From assembly GCA_016303225.1 (NCBI GenBank), contig JAEDMC010000001.1, positions 1-57,578 of the forward strand: a stretch of DNA of 57,578 nucleotides, read 5' to 3'. Position 1 is the stretch's first letter. Every line of letters starts with the position of its first letter. The notes beneath the pieces were generated by a model that saw only the letters and a program-made list of their open reading frames with translations, did not search any database and was not told the DNA's origin. The DNA is from Kiritimatiellia bacterium. GTDB lineage: Bacteria > Verrucomicrobiota > Kiritimatiellia > RFP12 > UBA1067. Positions 50,304 through 57,578 of the stretch are shown in pieces. Made by a program: the position numbers and the translations under genes.

Positions 50304-51247
50304 CGACAGTCCTGATCGCAGCCGGCCTGTGCCTCGCAGCACGGGGACACGTGACGCTCGACGCCTATCCCGTTGCCTGCAAAGAAGCCGCGACTGTCGC
50401 CGATCGCGCGCCGTCGCTCTTGCCGGTGGGCAAGTCGTTCAAGCTCGTCTGGCACGACGAGTTCGACGGCACGACGCTCGACGAGTCGAAGTGGAGCTAT
50501 CGCACGAACTTCTGGGGACGGAACGCGCACTGGTTCGCGAAGCCGGAGGACGGCTGTGTCGAGGTGAAGGACGGCGTCGTGAAGCTGAAGGTGAAGAAGC
50601 TTCCGAACGGACAGTTCGTCTCGCCGCAGCTGCAGACGGGCGAACTCATGTGGGACGTCCCGAATCTCGAGAACCCGAAGGGCTTCTGGTATCTGGGCAA
50701 GCGCATGAAGCCGAAGTTCGCGCATCGCTACGGCTATTACGAGTGCCGTTGCCGGCTGCAGCAGCAGCCGGGGTGGTGGAGCGCGTTCTGGATGCAGACC
50801 GAGATGCAGGGCGCGTGCCTCGATCCGGGTCTCGCGGGCATCGAGCAGGACATCATGGAGTCGTTCGACCCCGGCGAGATCATCGTCTCCAGCTACCACT
50901 ACAACGGATACGGTCCGGACTACAGGGGCTTCCACATTCCGGCTGCCTACGACGAAAAGCCGAGATACGACGGTAAGCTGACGCTTGACTTGGACAAGAC
51001 CGTCTACCACACGTTCGGACTCCTCTGGGAACCGGACGGCTACTCGATTTACATCGACGGACGTTTCCGCGGCAAGAACGACAAGGCGGTCTCGCATATT
51101 CCCGAGTTCTTGCTGGTCTCGACGGAGTGCAAGTGGTACCGCAAGAACCGCATGACGGGCAAGGCCGATCCGGCTCTCGAACAGGCTGCCGCGGCCAAGG
51201 ACGATTTCGTCGTCGACTATGTCCGCGTCTACGACATCGTGCAGTAA
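50300..51247 (+). CDS. Glycoside hydrolase family 16 (beta-glucanase-like)
   Basis: Signal peptide. WHDEFDG..LD.SKW, catalytic E.D..E as GIEQDIMES, and a C-terminal Y.RVY. Confidence 0.85.
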   Translation: MTTVLIAAGLCLAARGHVTLDAYPVACKEAATVADRAPSLLPVGKSFKLVWHDEFDGTTLDESKWSYRTNFWGRNAHWFAKPEDGCVEVKDGVVKLKVKKLPNGQFVSPQLQTGELMWDVPNLENPKGFWYLGKRMKPKFAHRYGYYECRCRLQQQPGWWSAFWMQTEMQGACLDPGLAGIEQDIMESFDPGEIIVSSYHYNGYGPDYRGFHIPAAYDEKPRYDGKLTLDLDKTVYHTFGLLWEPDGYSIYIDGRFRGKNDKAVSHIPEFLLVSTECKWYRKNRMTGKADPALEQAAAAKDDFVVDYVRVYDIVQ

Positions 51248-51261
51248 CAGCACGGGTTTTA

Positions 51262-51270
51262 TGATATAAT
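51262..51270 (+). promoter_or_regulatory. Extended -10 TGATATAAT upstream of the ROK-like gene (41-nt leader with SD)
   Basis: SD aaaggag at 51297-51303, ATG at 51312. Confidence 0.55.
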
Positions 51271-51311
51271 TTCACAAAGTCTTTCATCACACAACTAAAG
51301 GAGATACGAAT

Positions 51312-52712
51312 ATGGCATGTTCCTGCGGTAAGAAGGGTTGCACGTGCAATTCCGAGTTCATCGCGCCGATGGGCGCGCTCTGGCAAGTCTATGATGGCAT
51401 TGGCTCGAAGGCGAACGCCGACATCGTCTCAATCGCATGGGAGCGCGAAGAGGGCAAGATCTTCCGTTATGACCTGCCGGTGCCGAAGCGCCTCGATCCT
51501 GCCGCTGCGAAGTTCGTCAGTCACGTCGTCGAGCGCATTGCGAAGTTTGCGCTCTGGGCTGCCGGCGGCTGGAAGCTCTATCTCGCGGGTCCCGACGCGG
51601 TCGTGCAGCCCGTCGCCAAGGCCTACACGAAGAAGGGCCTTCGCAAGTTCGACTATGACTTCTTCTCGTCCATCTACGGGCGTCCCGTCGAGGCGGTCGT
51701 CGTCCCGCTCAAGAAGATGCCGGAGTTCAACGAGAAGCTCCAACAGGTGAAGACCGTCGCGGACGGCTGCCGCATCGGCTTCGACCTTGGCGCGTCCGAC
51801 TTCAAGATCTCCGCGCTCAACAAGGGCAAGGTCGTCTTCTCGAAGGAATTTCCGTGGGATCCGCGCAACAATGCCGATCCGGAATACCACTATTCGATGC
51901 TCACGGCCGGCCTCAAGGAGGCGGCCAAGGCGTTGCCGCGCGTCGATGCGATCGGCGGCTCCACGGCGGGCGTTCTCGTCGGGCAGAAGCTTGGCCTCGC
52001 CTCGCTCCTCCGCGCCGTCAAGGAGAAGAACCCCTCGAAGTTCGAGCAGGGTCAGAACATGTTCTACCGCATCGAGAAGGACTGGGGCGTTCCCTTCGCC
52101 GTCTACAACGACGGTGACGTCACTGCGCTCGCGGGCATGATCTCGATGAACAAGAACGGCATTCTCGGCGTCGCGATGGGCTCTTCCGAGGCCGTCGGCT
52201 ACGTTGACCCGAAGCGCCGTATGACGGGTCGCATCTGCGAGCTCGCGTTCGCTCCGGTCGACTTCAATCCGTGCGCGCCGAAGGACGAGTGGTCGGGCGA
52301 CTACGGCGTCGGCGCGATGGCGTTCTCGCAGCAGGCGGCGAACTGGCTCGCCGAGAAGTACGGCTTCAAGTTCCCGAAGTCCATGAAGCTCCCCGAGCGC
52401 CTCAAGGTCGTCCAGGCCGCGATGGAGAAGGGCGACGAGAAGGCCGTCAAGGTCTACCTCGAGATCGGCCGCTTCCTCGCGCACGCGATTCCGTGGTACA
52501 ACGAGTTCTACGACTACGAGAACATGATGATCCTCGGGCGCGTCACGTCCGGCCTCGGCGGCTCGATCATCCTCGAGAGCGCAAAGCGCTTCCTCAAGGA
52601 CGTCTACCCCGAGTGGGCCGAAAAGATCGATGTCTTCATGCCCGATGAACAGGCGCGCCGCCTCGGCCAGTCCGTTGCCGCCGCGCAGATTCCGGTGATC
52701 AAGAAAAGGTAA
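51312..52712 (+). CDS. ROK/ASKHA-fold sugar-kinase-like protein with an extra N-terminal domain
   Basis: 466 aa. IGFDLGASDFK, AIGGSTAGV and NDGDVTALAG patterns. Cys-rich N-terminus MACSCGKKGCTC. Confidence 0.5.
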   Translation: MACSCGKKGCTCNSEFIAPMGALWQVYDGIGSKANADIVSIAWEREEGKIFRYDLPVPKRLDPAAAKFVSHVVERIAKFALWAAGGWKLYLAGPDAVVQPVAKAYTKKGLRKFDYDFFSSIYGRPVEAVVVPLKKMPEFNEKLQQVKTVADGCRIGFDLGASDFKISALNKGKVVFSKEFPWDPRNNADPEYHYSMLTAGLKEAAKALPRVDAIGGSTAGVLVGQKLGLASLLRAVKEKNPSKFEQGQNMFYRIEKDWGVPFAVYNDGDVTALAGMISMNKNGILGVAMGSSEAVGYVDPKRRMTGRICELAFAPVDFNPCAPKDEWSGDYGVGAMAFSQQAANWLAEKYGFKFPKSMKLPERLKVVQAAMEKGDEKAVKVYLEIGRFLAHAIPWYNEFYDYENMMILGRVTSGLGGSIILESAKRFLKDVYPEWAEKIDVFMPDEQARRLGQSVAAAQIPVIKKR

Positions 52713-52713
52713 G

Positions 52714-52986
52714 ATGAAAAAAGCAATTATTACCGTCGTCGGCAAGGATACGGTCGGGATTCTCGCGAAGACCTGCACCTACCTTGCCGCGGCGAAGATC
52801 AACATCCTGGACATCTCTCAGACGGTTGTCCAGGATTACTTCAACATGATGATGATCGTCGACGTCTCGAAGTGCCGCAAGCCCTTCGAGGCCGTCGCGG
52901 CCGACCTCGGCGAACTTGGTCTCAAGATGGGTCTCAAGATCCGCTGCCAGAAGTCCGAGATCTTTGAGAAGATGCACCGGGTATGA
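52714..52986 (+). CDS. ACT domain protein (UPF0237 family)
   Basis: 90 aa. [13 protein letters not shown].. ACT fold. Has the classic pairing with a downstream UPF0210 gene. Confidence 0.85.
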   Translation: MKKAIITVVGKDTVGILAKTCTYLAAAKINILDISQTVVQDYFNMMMIVDVSKCRKPFEAVAADLGELGLKMGLKIRCQKSEIFEKMHRV

Positions 52987-54350
52987 TCAACATCTCAGAA
53001 GTTCTTGAAACCAACAAGATGATTCTCGAGGAGAATCTCGATGTCCGGACCATCACGATGGGCATCTCTCTCCTCGACTGCGCGGACGCGTCGCTGAAGA
53101 AGACGTGTGACAACGTCTATGCGAAGCTGATGCGCCTTGCGAAGAAACTGGTGAAGACCGGGGATGAGATCGGCCGCGAGTTCGGCGTCCCGATCGTCAA
53201 CAAGCGCATCTCGATTACGCCTGCGGCGATCGTCGGCTCGGCCTGCTGCAGGAAACCGGCCGACTTTGTGAAGATCGCGAAGACGCTTGATCGTGCGGCA
53301 AAGAAGCTCGGCGTCAATTTCATCGGCGGTTACTCGGCCGTCGTGTCGAAGGGCATGACGCCGGCGGATGAGATGCTCATTCGCTCCATCCCCGAGGCGA
53401 TGGCGACGACCGAGCGCCTCTGCTCGTCCGTCAACGTCGGCTCGACGAAGACTGGCATCGACATGGACGCCGTGCGCCTCATGGGCGAGATCATCAAGGA
53501 GACGGCCGAAAGGACGAAGGACCGCGACTCGCTCGGGTGCGCGAAGCTCGTCGTCCTCTGCAATGCGCCGGACGACAATCCGTTCATGGCGGGCGCCTTC
53601 CATGGCGTCACTGAAGGCGATGCGGTCATCAACGTCGGCGTCTCGGGTCCGGGCGTCGTCAACTACGTCCTCAAGAACACCTGCCGCGGCGCGGATTTCG
53701 AGACCCTCTGCGAGACGATCAAGAAGACCGCGTTCAAGATTACGCGTGTCGGACAGCTCGTCGCTCAGGAGGCGTCGAAGCGCCTTGGCGTCCCGTTCGG
53801 CATCATCGACCTTTCGCTCGCGCCGACTCCGGCCGTGGGCGATTCGGTTGCGGACATCCTGAAGGAAATCGGTCTCGAGCATCCGGGCGCACCGGGCACG
53901 ACCGCGGCGCTTGCGCTTCTCAACGACCAGGTGAAGAAGGGCGGTGTCATGGCCAGCTCCTACGTCGGCGGACTCTCCGGCGCGTTCATCCCGGTCTCCG
54001 AGGACCAGGGCATGATCGACGCGGTGAACGCGGGCGCGCTCACGATCGAGAAGCTCGAGGCGATGACCTGCGTCTGCTCGGTCGGCCTTGACATGATTGC
54101 CATTCCCGGCGCCACGAGCGCCGCGTCCATCTCCGGCATCATCGCCGACGAGGCCGCGATCGGCATGGTCAACCAGAAGACGACCGCCGTCCGCGTCATT
54201 CCCGTCGCGGGCAAGAAGGTGGGCGAGACCGTCGAGTTCGGCGGACTTCTCGGACATGCCCCGATTATGAAGGTCTCGAAGTTCTCCTGCGAGAAGCTGA
54301 TTTCCCGCAAGGGACGCATCCCCGCGCCGATACATTCCTTTAAGAACTAA
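52983..54350 (+). CDS. UPF0210 (DUF711) family protein
   Basis: 455 aa. ..[13 protein letters not shown].. N-terminus. 4-nt overlap with the ACT gene. Confidence 0.85.
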   Translation: MINISEVLETNKMILEENLDVRTITMGISLLDCADASLKKTCDNVYAKLMRLAKKLVKTGDEIGREFGVPIVNKRISITPAAIVGSACCRKPADFVKIAKTLDRAAKKLGVNFIGGYSAVVSKGMTPADEMLIRSIPEAMATTERLCSSVNVGSTKTGIDMDAVRLMGEIIKETAERTKDRDSLGCAKLVVLCNAPDDNPFMAGAFHGVTEGDAVINVGVSGPGVVNYVLKNTCRGADFETLCETIKKTAFKITRVGQLVAQEASKRLGVPFGIIDLSLAPTPAVGDSVADILKEIGLEHPGAPGTTAALALLNDQVKKGGVMASSYVGGLSGAFIPVSEDQGMIDAVNAGALTIEKLEAMTCVCSVGLDMIAIPGATSAASISGIIADEAAIGMVNQKTTAVRVIPVAGKKVGETVEFGGLLGHAPIMKVSKFSCEKLISRKGRIPAPIHSFKN

Positions 54351-54392
54351 GCCGAATCTTCGCGAATCGGTTTGAACGCTGGAAGAAATTGA

Positions 54393-56033
54393 ATGACGCT
54401 GATCAAAAACGGAACGATCATCGACGGTCAAGGCACGCTTGCCTTTGTCGGTGACGTTCTCGTTGAAGACGATCGAATCGTCGAGGTTATTCCTGCTGGC
54501 GAACTTCAAAACTTCAAAACCTCAGAACCTCAAAACCTCATCGACGCCTCCGGCCTCATCGTCTCGCCTGGTTTCATCGATGCTCACACGCATTCAGACG
54601 CCTATCTCGTGATTGAGCCCGACGCGCCGTCGAAGGTGACGCAGGGCATCACGACGGAGATCAACGGACAGTGCGGCGGCAGCGTTGCGCCGCGTTACGG
54701 CGAGGCGCGCCTCAGCTCTGACTGGGCCGCGGTTCTGGGCGGCCGCCTCACCTGGCGTTCGCTCGCCGAGTACCGCGAGGTGCTTGCCGCGGCGAAGCCC
54801 GCGGTCAACACCGTTCAGTTCATCGGCCACAATACGCTGCGGTCTTCGGTCATCGGTTATGCCGCGCGCGCTGCCGGCGACGAAGACTTGCGCGAGATGT
54901 CGCGTCTTCTCGACGAATCGCTTGATGCGGGCGGCTGGGGCCTCACGACGGGGCTCATCTACCAGCCCGGCAAGTATTCGACGCCGGCGGAAGTCGTGGC
55001 GCTCGCAAAGGTTGCAGCGGCGAAGGGCGGGTATTACGCGACGCACATGCGCAGCGAGGGCGACCACATTCTCGAGGCGATCGACGAGGTGATCGAGCTC
55101 GTGAAGGCGACGGGCATCAGGGCGGAGATCTCGCATCTGAAGACGAGCGGACGGAAGAACTGGCACAAGATCGACGCGGTCCTCGATAAGATCGAAGGCG
55201 CGATGAGCGAGGGGCTTCTCCTGGGAAGCGATCGCTATCCGTATTGTGCGGCGGGCACCGATCTTGACGTCGTTCTCCCCGACTGGGCGCAGGAGGGCGG
55301 AGCACCAGCAGAGCTGGCGCGATTGCAGATTTCAAATCTCAGATCTCAGATCATTGAGGAGATCAATGCGCTTGACCGCGACTGGTCGACGGTGATGATC
55401 GGCGGCACGTGGGCGGAGGAGAACAAGCGGTACAGCGGCAAGACGGTCGCGGAGATCTTAGGACTTGAGACATTAGACTTTAGACCGGGCCTCGCGTCTT
55501 CCGTCTCAAGTCCTCTCAAGTCTTCCGTCTTAAGTCTTAAGTCCTCCCCTGGCGAGCTCATCACCTCAATTCTCCTGGCGGACGGCTGCAAGACGGGCGC
55601 GTTTTTCTTCGGCATGTCCGAGGAGAATCTGGCGAAGATCTATTCGCGTCCGTGGATTGTGCCGGGGAGTGACGCGTCGTTGCGTGCGCCGTGGGGCCCG
55701 CTCGGCAAGGATCATCCGCATCCGCGCGCGTATGCGACGATGCCGGAGTTCTATCGTCGTGTGCGTGCGCTCGGGTTCAGCCGCGAGGAGACGGTCGCGC
55801 AGATGACGTCCGTCATCGCGGACCGCTTCGGAATAAGGGGCCGCGGACGGATCGAAAAGGGCGCGTATGCAGACCTCGTCATTTGGAATGAGGCGGAGTT
55901 CAAGGCCAAGGCGACGTTTACCGATCCGCACCAGTTCACTGGCGGCGTGAAGGCCGTGATGACGAACGGCGTCATTTCCTATTGCGACGGCAAGTTCACC
56001 GGCAACCGCGGCGGGAGGTTTTTGGAGAGATGA
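54393..56033 (+). CDS. N-acyl-D-amino-acid deacylase (D-aminoacylase) family amidohydrolase
   Basis: 546 aa. SPGFIDAHTHSD, ATHMRSEG and ISHLK motifs. Carries three micro-array inserts. Confidence 0.8.
   Translation: MTLIKNGTIIDGQGTLAFVGDVLVEDDRIVEVIPAGELQNFKTSEPQNLIDASGLIVSPGFIDAHTHSDAYLVIEPDAPSKVTQGITTEINGQCGGSVAPRYGEARLSSDWAAVLGGRLTWRSLAEYREVLAAAKPAVNTVQFIGHNTLRSSVIGYAARAAGDEDLREMSRLLDESLDAGGWGLTTGLIYQPGKYSTPAEVVALAKVAAAKGGYYATHMRSEGDHILEAIDEVIELVKATGIRAEISHLKTSGRKNWHKIDAVLDKIEGAMSEGLLLGSDRYPYCAAGTDLDVVLPDWAQEGGAPAELARLQISNLRSQIIEEINALDRDWSTVMIGGTWAEENKRYSGKTVAEILGLETLDFRPGLASSVSSPLKSSVLSLKSSPGELITSILLADGCKTGAFFFGMSEENLAKIYSRPWIVPGSDASLRAPWGPLGKDHPHPRAYATMPEFYRRVRALGFSREETVAQMTSVIADRFGIRGRGRIEKGAYADLVIWNEAEFKAKATFTDPHQFTGGVKAVMTNGVISYCDGKFTGNRGGRFLER
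54501..54540. repeat. Octamer micro-array (acttcaaa x2, acctcaga, acctcaaa, acctca)
   Basis: Encodes ELQNFKTSEPQNL in the N-terminal beta-domain of the deacylase. Confidence 0.85.
55326..55353. repeat. Heptamer micro-array gatttca/aatctca/gatctca
   Basis: Sequence: cagatttcaaatctcagatctcagatca. Encodes QISNLRSQI. Same subfamily as 37273, 32192 and 48601. Confidence 0.85.
55457..55547. repeat. Inverted micro-array pair (aggacttgagac / gtctcaagtcct plus gtcttaa copies)
   Basis: 12-bp perfect IR at 55460-71 and 55503-14. Encodes LGLETLDFRPGLASSVSSPLKSSVLSLKSSPG. Confidence 0.85.
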
Positions 56034-56791
56034 GGCTTTACGATACTCATTGTCACTTCGAGCGTGCCGATCCGACGGAGATCGCGTTGATTCTCGAACG
56101 CGCGAAAGCGGCCGGAGTCGAGAAACTGATGGCAGTCGGCGGTTCGTCATCGCTGAACGAATCGGCCGCGCTCGCCGTCGAGGTTGCTGCGGAGTCTGTC
56201 GTTGCGCCGCAGGTTGTCTGCGCCGTCGGGTTGGATCGGGACCAGGTCGGGAAGACTTGCGCGCCTCAAACCTCAAACCTCAAACCTCAGACTTCTCTCC
56301 GCGCATGGGGTGAGATCGGCCTCGACTACCACTATTCGCCCGAGACGCGCGAGCAGCAGCTCGCGCTCTTTGCCGAGCAGCTCGAGGAAGCGAGGCGGCG
56401 TGACCTGCCGGTCGTCATTCATACGCGTGAGGCCGATGACGACACGGTGGCATTGCTCCGCGAGATCCCGTCCCGCGGCATCATCCACTGCTACACGGGC
56501 ACGGTGGAGTTCGCGAAGCGGTTTCTCGACCTCGGCTTCTACATTTCGATTTCGGGCATCGTCACGTTCAAGCCGGCGGAGAACGTGCGGGAGGTCGCGC
56601 GGATCCTGCCCGACGACCGGTTTCTCATCGAAACGGACTCGCCGTTTCTCGCGCCGGTGCCGATGCGGGGGAATCCAAACGAACCGGCGTTCATCCGTCA
56701 TACCTGCGAGTTCCTTGCGAACCTCCGGGGCGTTTCGGCCGACGCCTTCGCCGACCTGACGTTTGCCAATGCGGAAAGTGTGCTGGGATGA
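56030..56791 (+). CDS. TatD family metal-dependent hydrolase (paralog 2)
   Basis: MRLYDTHCHF, GEIGLDYHY, VVIHTR, ETDSPFL. ATGA overlap with the upstream stop. The ORF-track start at 55982 is rejected. Confidence 0.9.
   Translation: MRLYDTHCHFERADPTEIALILERAKAAGVEKLMAVGGSSSLNESAALAVEVAAESVVAPQVVCAVGLDRDQVGKTCAPQTSNLKPQTSLRAWGEIGLDYHYSPETREQQLALFAEQLEEARRRDLPVVIHTREADDDTVALLREIPSRGIIHCYTGTVEFAKRFLDLGFYISISGIVTFKPAENVREVARILPDDRFLIETDSPFLAPVPMRGNPNEPAFIRHTCEFLANLRGVSADAFADLTFANAESVLG
56264..56295. repeat. Heptamer micro-array cctcaaa x3 + cctcaga
   Basis: Exact copies at 56264, 56271 and 56278. Encodes PQTSNLKPQTS just before GEIGLD of tatD paralog 2. Confidence 0.9.
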
Positions 56792-57351
56792 CGGCGCAGT
56801 TTGACGAGTACTTCATGAAGATGGCCTTGCGCGAGGCGGAGAAGGCCGCGTCGGAGGACGAGGTGCCGCTCGGGGCGGTCGTTGTCGCGCCGGCGGTTCT
56901 GGAGCCGGCTCATGACGGACATCCCGCCGTCTTTGATCCGAATCCCGCCGTGGCGCGAATTCTCGGCCGGGCGCACAACATGTCCGAGGGGATGAAGGAC
57001 GCGACGGCGCATGCGGAGATGCTGGCGATGTCCGCGGCGTTTCAGGCCGTCGGCGACTGGCGGCTCACGGGTGCTCGGCTGTACGTGACGAAGGAGCCGT
57101 GTCCGATGTGCGCGGGCGCGATCGTTCTCGCGCGGCTGGATGCGGTCGTCTGGGGTGTCAGCGACCCGAAGCGCGGCGGCGGGACGGCTTTCGGCATCTT
57201 CGACCATCCCGGCATTAACCACCATCCCGCGATCGTCGCCGGCATTTGCGAAATGGAGTCAAAGGCGATGCTGCAGAGTTTTTTCCAAGCGAGACGAAGT
57301 GCTCGGTCAGTCAACACCGCTCACGCGGTCTTGACCGACCTCGGCATCTGA
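56788..57351 (+). CDS. tadA: tRNA adenosine(34) deaminase
   Basis: HAEMLAM and PCPMCAGA zinc motifs. An insertion of about 20 aa after GAVVV contains the direct repeat atcccgccgt at 56921 and 56942. Confidence 0.9.
   Translation: MTAQFDEYFMKMALREAEKAASEDEVPLGAVVVAPAVLEPAHDGHPAVFDPNPAVARILGRAHNMSEGMKDATAHAEMLAMSAAFQAVGDWRLTGARLYVTKEPCPMCAGAIVLARLDAVVWGVSDPKRGGGTAFGIFDHPGINHHPAIVAGICEMESKAMLQSFFQARRSARSVNTAHAVLTDLGI
56921..56951. repeat. 10-nt direct repeat (atcccgccgt x2, 21-nt period) within the tadA insertion
   Basis: Encodes HPAVFDPNPAV. The region is not present in the canonical TadA loop as I remember it. Confidence 0.6.
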
Positions 57352-57377
57352 GCATCTGAGCAAAAGTGCATCTGAGC
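57344..57377. repeat. Octamer micro-array gcatctga x3 overlapping the tadA stop
   Basis: gcatctga at 57344 and 57352, and gcatctgagc at 57368. Confidence 0.85.
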
Positions 57378-57443
57378 TTTTCGAGGCATGACAGTCGGGA
57401 CAATCTCCGCGCGCACAGGGATTGGCACGTCCACACGAGAAAG

Positions 57444-57479
57444 GCCCAGATGCTCAATCGCCCAGATGCCCAAATGCTG
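57444..57479. repeat. Inverted partner micro-array (cccagatgc x2, ccaaatgc)
   Basis: cagatgc is the reverse complement of gcatctg. Lies about 70 nt downstream of the first array. Confidence 0.75.
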
Positions 57480-57567
57480 TAGTCGGGCGCTCGATGTCGC
57501 GAAGCGGTGTTGAGTGACCGACTACTGGAGATATAATGAGAGGCCTGTTCTCCTGAAAGCCGGATTC

Positions 57568-57576
57568 TGATACAAT
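57568..57576 (+). promoter_or_regulatory. Extended -10 TGATACAAT at the right edge (a second TATAAT at 57532-57537)
   Basis: The motif matches the window-wide box. The downstream gene lies outside the window. Confidence 0.35.
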
Positions 57577-57578
57577 CA

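Noticed and set aside
48039-50342. 767-aa minus-strand ORF (also 34052-36016, 38086-39099, 43078-44103, 51429-52778, 52995-54509, 23062-24567, 50225-51253)
   Set aside because: Same shadow-ORF signature opposite well-supported plus-strand genes (ruvC/GH123-like, antiporter, pilC-like, clpX, ROK-like, UPF0210, transposase, GH16).
50446-50465. Sigma-54 promoter candidates at TGGCAC words (50449, 55160, 57423)
   Set aside because: None has TTGC or GC at the correct -12 spacing. Two are inside coding sequence on the sense strand.
57352-57578. SRP (4.5S/scRNA) or other known small RNA downstream of tadA
   Set aside because: I looked for the conserved SRP domain IV sequence (..GGUCCGGAAGGAAGCAGCC.. 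type) and for tRNA-like cloverleaf arms and found neither. It is kept only as an open question in the findings.

Overview
High-GC chromosome segment (hand counts of about 36/60 GC per line in dnaE and the antiporter gene) from a didermic bacterium (lptC-lptA-lptB, sigma-54, regulatory PTS, secreted glycoside hydrolases). It spans the replication origin. All 24 chromosomal CDS left of 25.9 kb are on the minus strand and all 29 CDS right of it are on the plus strand; the only exception is one ISAs1-type insertion sequence. The origin region (mnmG-dnaA-dnaN) carries four clusters of TTATCAACA-type DnaA boxes, a box-pair/(TAA)4/AT-rich core between dnaA and dnaN, and two perfect parS palindromes inside mnmG. 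It sits in a graded GC trough (about 37-45% in mnmG and dnaA by hand counts). Flanking genes are mostly housekeeping: mfd', gmk, tatD x2, ispF, coaC, rpe, dnaE, rpoN, nifS, ptsI-ptsH-hprK-hpf, mnmE, tig-clpP-clpX, panD, ABC-F, rsmI, ruvC and tadA. There are also GH16/GH123-like hydrolases and a CPA2 antiporter fused to a PTS EIIA domain. The least explained signals are four. (1) A dispersed family of degenerate 7-8-nt stutter micro-arrays, often in inverted pairs, lies at gene boundaries and in-frame inside conserved enzymes. (2) A 50-bp x5 tandem array is bracketed by 25-bp inverted repeats, next to a 133-bp polypurine/polypyrimidine tract. (3) A nearly invariant TGATATAAT box sits 6-9 nt from the start codon of many first-in-operon genes, implying leaderless mRNAs. 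(4) The ISAs1 transposase carries an N-terminal DUF4338 (DruA-like) domain and is split at an A8 run. No tRNA, rRNA or CRISPR was found. All calls come from reading the sequence and the ORF track only; no searches were run.
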